Of a stretch of DNA of 64,000 nucleotides, positions 50,095-57,972 are shown one piece after another. The stretch is from an uncultured Acidimicrobiaceae bacterium (GTDB lineage: Bacteria; Actinomycetota; Acidimicrobiia; Spongiisociales; UBA5794). The notes beneath the pieces are model-generated. The model had not been told where the DNA came from, did no database searches, and saw only the letters and a list, made by a program, of their open reading frames with translations. Made by a program: the position numbers and the translations under genes. Positions within the stretch are counted from its first letter, which is position 1; the number at the start of each line of letters is the position of its first letter. The stretch spans positions 19,872-83,871 of the forward strand of contig CAYWPC010000008.1 of the NCBI GenBank assembly GCA_964460075.1, written 5' to 3'.

Positions 50095-51369
50095 ATGTTC
50101 ACAGACACAGACGACGCCCAGGAGGCCAAGATCGGTCGCATCGAGTTCATAGCGATGATCTCGATGACGATGGCACTCGCTGCTCTCGCCGTAGATATCA
50201 CGCTGCCGGCATTCGGGGACATCCGCAGCCAGTTCGGGTTAGCTCCTGACTCGAATGCCGTGGCACCCGTCATCACATTCTCCTTTGTGGGCCTCGCGAT
50301 CGGACAACTGTGGTGGGGCCCACTCTCGGATGCACTCGGCAGGAAAGTGATCCTGTACATCGGGATCAGTGTGTACATGTTCGGTGCGATCGGTGCAGCG
50401 ATCTCGCCTACTCTCTCGTTTCTCTATGTGAGCAGCTTCGTCATCGGTGTCGGCGCGTCCAGCGCGAGGGTCGTTGCACTTTCCGTGGTGAGGGACATCT
50501 TTTCTGGGCATTCAATGGCGAAGACGATGTCGCTGATCTTGGCAATCTTCCTCCTCGTGCCCCTACTGGCCCCAAGCATCGGGGCTGCGGTGCGTGCCGT
50601 ATCGAGTTGGCGATTCGTCTATGCGTTCGTCGGCTTGGCTGGGGGAAGCGTGCTCCTGTGGTCGATACGTCTTCCTGAAACATTGCCGACCCATCGGCGA
50701 ATCCCTCTCGATCTCCGAGACCTTCGTGCGGCTGCAGCGACGGTCCTCAGAAACCGATTGACGATGGGGTACACGATTGCACAGGGCCTCGTGTTCGGGT
50801 TCTTCGCCTCGTATCTTGCATCCTCGGAGCTAATCATCCGTGATGTTTTCGGTCTCGCGGACTGGTTTCCCTTGATCTTCTCCGGTTTCGCTGCGTTCCT
50901 TGGCGCAGCGATACTGCTCAACAATCGTCTGCTGAACAGCTTCGATCTGCGCACGATGCTGCGCATTGCCTTTGGCCTCTTCCTCGTAGGCGGCGTCGTG
51001 TTCGCCCTGACGTCGTTTGCGACCAACGGCTCGCCACCGTTTGCCTTGTTCGTGATCACCCTTGCGCCACTTCTCGGTGTGTACGCCTTGCTGCTGCCGA
51101 ACCTCAACTCGGCCGCACTCATCCCCATGGGGTCCATCGCCGGGACTGCCTCGGCGATCATCGGCATGATCTCGATCCTTGGAGGCTCGATCATCGGGTC
51201 GTTCATCGATCGTGCCTTCGACGGGACGATCACTCCATTCGCGACCTCAGCTGCAATCACAGGAATCGTGGCGTTCGGTTTCTTCTCATGGGCAGATCGA
51301 GCTTGGGATGCCGAAGCCATCGAGACGCAGCGGATCCCGGATGCGGACGGGCCCACCTACGCACTGTGA
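50095..51369 (+). CDS. Bcr/CflA family MFS efflux transporter
   Basis: DITLPA, GQLWWGPLSDALGRK, VRD, APSIG, LPETL. Confidence 0.88.
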   Translation: MFTDTDDAQEAKIGRIEFIAMISMTMALAALAVDITLPAFGDIRSQFGLAPDSNAVAPVITFSFVGLAIGQLWWGPLSDALGRKVILYIGISVYMFGAIGAAISPTLSFLYVSSFVIGVGASSARVVALSVVRDIFSGHSMAKTMSLILAIFLLVPLLAPSIGAAVRAVSSWRFVYAFVGLAGGSVLLWSIRLPETLPTHRRIPLDLRDLRAAAATVLRNRLTMGYTIAQGLVFGFFASYLASSELIIRDVFGLADWFPLIFSGFAAFLGAAILLNNRLLNSFDLRTMLRIAFGLFLVGGVVFALTSFATNGSPPFALFVITLAPLLGVYALLLPNLNSAALIPMGSIAGTASAIIGMISILGGSIIGSFIDRAFDGTITPFATSAAITGIVAFGFFSWADRAWDAEAIETQRIPDADGPTYAL

Positions 51370-51454
51370 TCGCATCCCTGGGATGCTCATCTCAGGTCCT
51401 CAGTAGCCACAGCCGGGTCGTACCGTTACTTCAGGCGGCTACGGAAGCGAGACA

Positions 51455-52144
51455 ATGAAGACGATCGGTCTGCTCGGCGGCATGAGTTGGGAATCATCGA
51501 TCGAGTATGAACGGCTGATCAACACCGGTGTACGGGAGCGTCTCGGCGGAACGGCGTCCGCAGACCTCATCATCCGCTCGTACAACTTTGCTGAGATCGA
51601 GGCGCTCCAGGAAGCGGGCCAATGGGATGAGGCAGGCCAGCTGTTGGCAACCGACGCGGCCCACCTCGAACGTGCCGGCGCCGACGCGATCGTGCTGTGC
51701 ACGAACACGATGCACAACGTTGCTGACATGATCTCCCAGATGATCACCATTCCACTGCTCCACATTGCAGACGCGACCGCGCTGGCCGTAGCTGGCATCG
51801 GCGTCACATCGGTCGCCGTCCTCGGCACTCGCTACACGATGGAGCAGGAGTTCTACGTCGGTCGTCTCGCAGATCACGGACTCGACGTTGCGATCCCGGA
51901 CGAACCTGATCGCACCATGATCCACGACGTTATTTTCGAGGAGCTGGTCAGAGGCGTACTCAGCGAGACCTCGAGGCAATCGTATCTGGAAGCAGTTGAG
52001 CGGCTCATCGAGCAAGGAGCGCAGGGCATCATTGCTGGATGCACCGAGATCGAGCTCCTCATTCACCCGAGCGACATCGCCGTGCCGTTCTTCCCTACGA
52101 CCTCAATTCATGCCACAGCAGCGGTCGATTTCGCTCTCAGTTAG
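51455..52144 (+). CDS. Aspartate/amino-acid racemase (RacX/YgeA family)
   Basis: MKTIGLLGGMSWES, CTNTMH, GCTEI. Confidence 0.92.
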   Translation: MKTIGLLGGMSWESSIEYERLINTGVRERLGGTASADLIIRSYNFAEIEALQEAGQWDEAGQLLATDAAHLERAGADAIVLCTNTMHNVADMISQMITIPLLHIADATALAVAGIGVTSVAVLGTRYTMEQEFYVGRLADHGLDVAIPDEPDRTMIHDVIFEELVRGVLSETSRQSYLEAVERLIEQGAQGIIAGCTEIELLIHPSDIAVPFFPTTSIHATAAVDFALS

Positions 52145-52265
52145 CCACGACCAGTCCAAATCCCTCACGCCGGTTCCCACGGCTCCACGGACACAACAGT
52201 TATTCCTTAGCATTGAACTATGCATTTATGCCCAGGGGTCGTACAATGGAAGTGCCAGGAAGCCA

Positions 52266-52287
52266 GTTTGTGAATCTTTTCACAAAC
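52266..52287. promoter_or_regulatory. Rex-type operator (also fits Crp TGTGA-N6-TCACA)
   Basis: GTTTGTGAATCTTTTCACAAAC, i.e. TTGTGAA-N4-TTCACAA, downstream of a TACAAT -10 box at 52242. Confidence 0.8.
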
Positions 52288-52309
52288 CATCACAGAAAGC
52301 GAGAAGGTA

Positions 52310-53017
52310 ATGGCAGACCGACTGAGAAAGCTCGGTATTGTTCTGGCGGTTGTCGGCCTGATCTTCGTGTTCGCGGGAGTCTACGCGTTCACCCAAGTTC
52401 AGAACGGCTATCGCTCGCTTCAGGCATTCAGTGAGGCACAGAACGTCACACTGAGCTACAACGACGACGGCCAATTGGTTGACAGAGGCCGCACCGAAGG
52501 CGCAGATGCGATCATGTCGCTGCTCGTCGACGACTGGGGCTACAACGTGGTCGAGTCGGATCTTGACCCGAACGACCCGCTTGTCAACACAGCCACCGAG
52601 TACATGTTCCAGATGGCAACCATCGGCTACCACGTGCTCGACGGCACCCAGACCGTGGTGCTCACCGATGACGTGGAGTACAACGGCGAGGTGTTCGCTG
52701 CAGGTACCTACGAATTCGACGTTGATGGCCGCTACTGGACCGGATTCGACCGTAAGCACCCGATCGAAGGCCCAGCTCGGGCGCAGGCGTGGACAGGAAC
52801 GGTTCAGGCCCTCTTCGGTGAGCTCGGCGTTGGCGCGATCACCGCATCAACCCTTCAACTCGCCCTTGGAGTTTCAGCGCTCATCGCAGGGATCGGCTTG
52901 ACCGTCATGCTCGCAGGAGCTGGCTTGTTCTGGGCAGCGAAAGGCAAACTTGAGGACGCCGTCTCCGTGACGGTTCCAGAAAACTGGAGCCCGAAACCGG
53001 AACCATCCAACATCTAG
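52310..53017 (+). CDS. Hypothetical membrane protein (two TM helices around an extracytoplasmic domain)
   Basis: N- and C-terminal hydrophobic helices, GAAGG RBS, strong terminator after it. Confidence 0.85.
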   Translation: MADRLRKLGIVLAVVGLIFVFAGVYAFTQVQNGYRSLQAFSEAQNVTLSYNDDGQLVDRGRTEGADAIMSLLVDDWGYNVVESDLDPNDPLVNTATEYMFQMATIGYHVLDGTQTVVLTDDVEYNGEVFAAGTYEFDVDGRYWTGFDRKHPIEGPARAQAWTGTVQALFGELGVGAITASTLQLALGVSALIAGIGLTVMLAGAGLFWAAKGKLEDAVSVTVPENWSPKPEPSNI

Positions 53018-53032
53018 CGGAGCGCAGCTCGC

Positions 53033-53067
53033 CAGAAGGCCCCCCGATCCTGCAGGGGGGCCTTCTG
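53033..53067 (+). terminator. Intrinsic terminator
   Basis: Hairpin CAGAAGGCCCCCC-N9-GGGGGGCCTTCTG. Confidence 0.8.
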
Positions 53068-53254
53068 CGCACACACCACTCGGCACAGCCTTTCGAAACT
53101 TCCCGGGTTCGGATGTGACCAGCCCCCAAGGAAGTCGCCATTCGCATCGGTACAGCGCGGACCCGTGAACACATCGCCATCGCTCCGCATATGATCGCCG
53201 ACCTGCAGGTACGATCACTCTCAGTAGGGCAGCCGTTAAAACTGAGGACCTCCG

Positions 53255-54616
53255 ATGATCTCGATCAACCCCACCACCGGTGAGACAATCGCTGAGTACG
53301 CCGAGATGCCACCAAAGCTGGTGGCGAGCCACATCGCCAAAGCTCACGAACGTCAACAACAATGGGCGCAGCAGAGACTAAGTGACCGGTCGACACGAAT
53401 GTTCGCGCTCGCCGACGTTCTCGAGAGGCGCAGGCACGACCTTGCGGCGCTCATGGCAGTGGAAATGGGAAAACCGGTCACCCAAGGCCGTGCCGAAGTA
53501 GACAAATGCGCGTGGGTGTGTCGGTATTACGCCACGGAGGCGGAACTGATCCTGGCGGATATCACCATCGAAGCGGATCGCACGGCCAGCTACGTCACCC
53601 ACAAACCTCTAGGTGTGATCCTCGCTGTGATGCCGTGGAACTTCCCTTTGTGGCAGGTCTTCCGCTTCCTTGCCCCGGCACTCATGGCGGGAAACGCAGG
53701 TCTTCTCAAGCATGCTTCGAATGTCACAGGGTGCGCGATCGCCATCGATCAGATGGTCGTCGAGGCCGGCTTCCCAGACGGACTATTCAGAACGCTGATA
53801 CTGCCGTCGAGTCGTGTCGAGGAAGTCCTTGAGGATTCCCACATCGTCGCCGCGACGCTGACGGGCTCAGACACCGCAGGAAGGGCTGTCGCATCCAAGG
53901 CAGGGGCCTTGTTGAAGAAAACCGTACTCGAACTCGGGGGTTCTGATCCCTATGTGATCCTCGAAGACGCCGACCTGGATGTCACCGTCGCTGCATGTGT
54001 CACAGGCAGGCTTCTCAACGGCGGTCAATCGTGCATTGCGGCGAAGCGGTTCATCGTGCACCGCGCTGTCGTCGATGAATTCACAGCGAGACTCATCGAC
54101 GCGATGTCTGCATACGACTACGGCGATCCGCTCGATGACGAGACGATGATGGGTCCAATGGCTCGGGCCGATCTACGTGACGAGCTGCACAACCAGGTTA
54201 CGCGGTCCATCGAACAGGGTGCCCGTCTCGTCCTAGGAGGCTCCATCCCTGAGGGTCCTGGCGCGTTCTACCCACCGACGATCCTCGCGGATGTGACATC
54301 GGGAATGCCTGTGCACCGTGAAGAGACGTTCGGGCCGGTTGCGACGATCATCACAGCTGAAGACGAAGTGGATGCTATCAGGATCGCCAACGACTCAGAG
54401 TTCGGCCTCGGAGCAGCAGTCTTCACGACGAATACCGAACGCGGTGAACGCATCGCCCGCGACGACCTCGAGGCTGGTGCATGTTTTGTCAACGCCTTCG
54501 TCGCCTCCGATCCTCGCCTCCCCTTCGGCGGCATCAAGGCCTCCGGATACGGACGCGAGCTCTCCCACATCGGAATGCAGGAGTTCCTCAACATCAAGAC
54601 TGTCGTCGTGGCCTGA
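53255..54616 (+). CDS. NAD(P)-dependent succinate-semialdehyde dehydrogenase (Sad/GabD1 type)
   Basis: MPWNFPLWQ, LKHAS, LELGGSDP, GQSCIAAKRF, EETFGP, PFGGIKASGYGREL. Confidence 0.9.
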   Translation: MISINPTTGETIAEYAEMPPKLVASHIAKAHERQQQWAQQRLSDRSTRMFALADVLERRRHDLAALMAVEMGKPVTQGRAEVDKCAWVCRYYATEAELILADITIEADRTASYVTHKPLGVILAVMPWNFPLWQVFRFLAPALMAGNAGLLKHASNVTGCAIAIDQMVVEAGFPDGLFRTLILPSSRVEEVLEDSHIVAATLTGSDTAGRAVASKAGALLKKTVLELGGSDPYVILEDADLDVTVAACVTGRLLNGGQSCIAAKRFIVHRAVVDEFTARLIDAMSAYDYGDPLDDETMMGPMARADLRDELHNQVTRSIEQGARLVLGGSIPEGPGAFYPPTILADVTSGMPVHREETFGPVATIITAEDEVDAIRIANDSEFGLGAAVFTTNTERGERIARDDLEAGACFVNAFVASDPRLPFGGIKASGYGRELSHIGMQEFLNIKTVVVA

Positions 54617-54641
54617 CGATCATCACGCATCTCCCTGGTTG

Positions 54642-55514
54642 CTAACGACCCGCTGCATCCTTCAGATTGGCTGAGAGGAACTCGACGATGTCCAACACAA
54701 ACGGCTCGAAGGTTGCCAGGTCGCTGTGACCGCCACCTGGCACCACGAGGACCTCTGCGTTGCCGTGCGCCTCAGCGATCTCGTACATGGCTGCAATGGG
54801 AACGACCTCATCATCTGTGCCATGTACGAGCAGCAGCGGACTCTGCACCATCTCGACCCGAGCCCTCGGCGCCAGATCGTCGAAGCGGTATCCAATGGTT
54901 CGCTGCACAGCCTCGAGCACAAGGGCTGCGGCAGGCCTCGGAAGCGTCATCTGCTCGCGCATCATCTCGCCAGGATGAGCGAACGACGACACAGAGACGA
55001 CGGCGTCGACCGGAGCCCCGTGTGATGCACTAAAAATGGCGGCTCCCGCCCCAACAGAGTGCCCGAGTACGCCGATCGACGTGACGTCATCTGCCAGGCG
55101 CGCCCACGCGACAGCGACGTCGAGATCCTCTGCGAACCGGGGCATCGAGGAGAACGTATCGTGCCCCGAAAGGCCGTGGTTTCGAGCATCGAGGAACAAC
55201 GCATGGAAACCACCATCATGGATGTACTTGGCGAGCGGCAACATGAGCGACGCGTTTCCACCCCAACCGTGAAGGACGATGACTGCGGGTGCTACGCCAC
55301 CGACCGGTATCCACCACGCGTGAAGCCAGGTGTCGTTAGCGCTCTTCAACCACACTGTCTCGCTCGTCAAGCCAAGGTCGGATGGGGTCGTCTCGACGGG
55401 TGGCAGTGGCGGGGTGAAGGCGCGTCTGAGCATCCTGGGGGTCAGAGCAGCAACACTTGCGACGAGCATTGTCGCGAGCCACAGGGCGTGGCTCGGCCGG
55501 AGGCGTACAACCAC
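54642..55514 (-). CDS. Alpha/beta hydrolase with N-terminal anchor
   Basis: LHGWGGN, DARNHG, GHSVGA, HGTDDEVVP, GGGH; start approximate. Confidence 0.85.
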   Translation of the reverse strand: MVVRLRPSHALWLATMLVASVAALTPRMLRRAFTPPLPPVETTPSDLGLTSETVWLKSANDTWLHAWWIPVGGVAPAVIVLHGWGGNASLMLPLAKYIHDGGFHALFLDARNHGLSGHDTFSSMPRFAEDLDVAVAWARLADDVTSIGVLGHSVGAGAAIFSASHGAPVDAVVSVSSFAHPGEMMREQMTLPRPAAALVLEAVQRTIGYRFDDLAPRARVEMVQSPLLLVHGTDDEVVPIAAMYEIAEAHGNAEVLVVPGGGHSDLATFEPFVLDIVEFLSANLKDAAGR

Positions 55515-55626
55515 TATCAGCCCTTCTGTCAGTGCACCTGGCGACACTTCACAAAGCCAAAGATTACCCGGTGCAGTGCCTGGCACGGGCGAAGATCACA
55601 TCGCAGCCCTCTACACTTCGCTCGCC

Positions 55627-55700
55627 GGGCCTGTAGCTCCAATTGGTAGAGCAGCGGACTTTTAATCCGAAGCGTGTGGGTTCGAGTCCCACCGGGCCCA
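55627..55700 (+). tRNA. tRNA-Lys (UUU)
   Basis: Acceptor stem GGGCCTG/CGGGCCC, D-arm, anticodon loop CTTTTAA, GGTTCGAGTCC T-loop; CCA not fully encoded. Confidence 0.95.
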
Positions 55701-55853
55701 CCGTGCGGAATCCCGACGCGCGCACCAGGCTTGTGGCCCGGTGACTGTAGCCCTACTCCCAGGCTGATATCTCGAACTGGAACGCATCCATGCTCCACTC
55801 TGGGTCGCGTCATCAAGGTACCCACGGGAGAACTGGCAATGAAGGCGACTCCC

Positions 55854-56195
55854 CTAGTGACCGTCGCCTGTTGCCTTCTTGAGGGAGCGTTGAGCGGTGG
55901 TCAAGCCTTCGAGCAGTGTGTGGTAGAGCGGGAGCCGGTTTGGTGCACAGCAGCCGACCTGGAGCCACCCGATTTGGGAACCGGCATCCTCGATGTGTGC
56001 CAAGGTCTCGTCTGGGTCACCGTGATCAACACCCACACTCTCCAGTCCCGTTCGAACCTTGGCAAGCGTATCAGCGAGGGCCTTCATGCGGGGGCTGCGC
56101 TCAGGCCTACAACATCTTGCAGCAAGATCACCGAGGGCAGCGTCGCAGCCATCAAGAGCTTCGAACGCCGGTTGGAGCAGGTCATGCGTCGTCAC
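55854..56195 (-). CDS. Small helical hypothetical protein with two CC-x-P-x-R-x-P motifs
   Basis: ARCCRPERSPRM and VGCCAPNRLPLY; GTG start at 56195 inferred. Confidence 0.65.
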   Translation of the reverse strand: MTTHDLLQPAFEALDGCDAALGDLAARCCRPERSPRMKALADTLAKVRTGLESVGVDHGDPDETLAHIEDAGSQIGWLQVGCCAPNRLPLYHTLLEGLTTAQRSLKKATGDGH

Positions 56196-56403
56196 GACGA
56201 GCAGCCTACCGCACGTTGACCCTCCAATAAACGTACCTGCACACGAAGCGCAACTTGCATGAAAGCTCCCATCGGGTTGCACCATATCGGTTCATGCGTA
56301 CATGCCTGCGACCACATCGTCGGGTGACGTGTCAATGACCGCGATTGGGCAGGAGCGCCCCATCGGGGCGTCGCACAGCTCCGGCCGTGGTTACGCTCAT
56401 CCC

Positions 56404-57855
56404 ATGACGACAACACGCTACGCCTCCCGTCGGTCCGACTTCATGAGCCGCCTCGGCGACACCATCGCCATCATCCCAGCAGGGAAGGAACAAGTCCGAA
56501 ACGACGATGTTGACCACGCATTTCGACAGAACTCGGACTTCTTCTTTCTCACAGGCTTCCACGAGCCGGACGCGGTTGCGGTCTTCGATCCCTCGCACAC
56601 CACAGAGCAGTACACGTTGTTCGTTCGCCCAAGGGACCCCGAGATGGAGGCATGGAACGGCAGACGCGCCGGAACCACAGGCGCAGTGGATCGCTTCGCC
56701 GCAGATCGCTCCCACACACTCGACGATCTTGACGGGTGGCTGCGAAGGCGACTCATGGGTCGATCGTCCGCTGCATACGCGCTCGGTGGCACACACGACG
56801 CAAAAGTGCTCCAGGCGCTCTCGGCTGCCCGAAGCCACAGCAATCGTCTCGGCATCCCTGCACCAGATCGAATCGTCGATCCCCGCACGATCCTCCACGA
56901 GATGAGACTCATCAAGACGGCTGATGAGATTGATGCCCTCCGCGTTGCGTGCAGTATCAGTGCAACTGCACATGCAGAGGCGATGCGATTCACAGCACCG
57001 GGACGCACGGAGCGCCAAGTGCAGGCTGCTCTCGAATACGTATTCGCGTCCATGGGCTCGGAGCGGATCGGGTATGGCTCGATCGTGGCAGGCGGTGAGA
57101 ACGCTGTGATCCTGCATTATGTCGAGAACGAGTGTTCGCTCAAAGCAGGAGATCTGCTCCTGATAGATGCTGCCGCCGAGTACCAGCACTTGACTGCCGA
57201 CATCACGAGAACCTTTCCAGTGAATGGCATCTTCTCGCCGCCGCAGCGAGCTACGTACGAGCTCGTTCTCGACGCCGAACGACAAGTGATCGACATGTGT
57301 GCACCGGGTCTGCCGTTCACAGATATGCACACCCGCGCTGTTGAGATCTTGTCTGAGGGTCTCGTCGATCTGGGTCTCCTTCCAGGGACCGCCGATGAGG
57401 GCGTTGCCAAGGGGTGGTATCGACAGTTCTACTTCCATGGGACCGGCCACTGGCTCGGCATCGACGTGCACGACGCTGGCGCCTACCGCGTCGAGGCCAA
57501 GGGCAGGCCACTCCAACAGGGCATGACGTTCACCGTCGAACCTGGCATCTACGTTGCTCCGGAGAAGGAGACCGTGACCCTCTCACACTCCCTGTACGAC
57601 CCGGACGAGGCGCTGCGCTTGAGCTATGAGCTCGGATCGGTGGAGGCGAAAGCGACGCTGGCTCGGCGTGACGAAGAAGCTGGGTCGGTCACGTTCGACG
57701 TTCCTCCCGAGTTCCTCGGCATCGGTGTCCGCATCGAAGATGACATTCTCATCACCGACACAGGACACGAGAACATGTCTTCAGGCGCTCCGGTCGATCC
57801 GGACGAGATCGAGACGATCTGTGCCGAGAACAGCGCGCTGCCTCTGTTCTCCTAG
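56404..57855 (+). CDS. pepP: Xaa-Pro aminopeptidase
   Basis: FRQNSDFFFLTGF, ILHY, LIDAAAE, DITRTFP, HGTGHWLGIDVHD, TVEPGIY, RIEDD. Confidence 0.93.
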   Translation: MTTTRYASRRSDFMSRLGDTIAIIPAGKEQVRNDDVDHAFRQNSDFFFLTGFHEPDAVAVFDPSHTTEQYTLFVRPRDPEMEAWNGRRAGTTGAVDRFAADRSHTLDDLDGWLRRRLMGRSSAAYALGGTHDAKVLQALSAARSHSNRLGIPAPDRIVDPRTILHEMRLIKTADEIDALRVACSISATAHAEAMRFTAPGRTERQVQAALEYVFASMGSERIGYGSIVAGGENAVILHYVENECSLKAGDLLLIDAAAEYQHLTADITRTFPVNGIFSPPQRATYELVLDAERQVIDMCAPGLPFTDMHTRAVEILSEGLVDLGLLPGTADEGVAKGWYRQFYFHGTGHWLGIDVHDAGAYRVEAKGRPLQQGMTFTVEPGIYVAPEKETVTLSHSLYDPDEALRLSYELGSVEAKATLARRDEEAGSVTFDVPPEFLGIGVRIEDDILITDTGHENMSSGAPVDPDEIETICAENSALPLFS

Positions 57856-57972
57856 CTGAGTATCGCCAAGGTGGCGCTCAGCCGATGTGCGGTACATTTC
57901 TCGATGCTAGAAATCGAGCACGGAACTGCCGCCTCATGAAGGGACGCTCATGGTTGAAGACAGAACACGAGA

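Noticed and set aside
55627-55860. tRNA-Lys as an integration site; a short inverted match to its 3' end at 55733-55743
   Set aside because: There is no integrase and no direct repeat of the tRNA 3' end in the window; a 9-11 bp GC-rich inverted match is compatible with chance
57937-57950. TGAAGGGACGCTCA, a 12/14 match to the TetR operator
   Set aside because: It lies between convergent gene ends with no promoter to regulate, and the left half-site is broken
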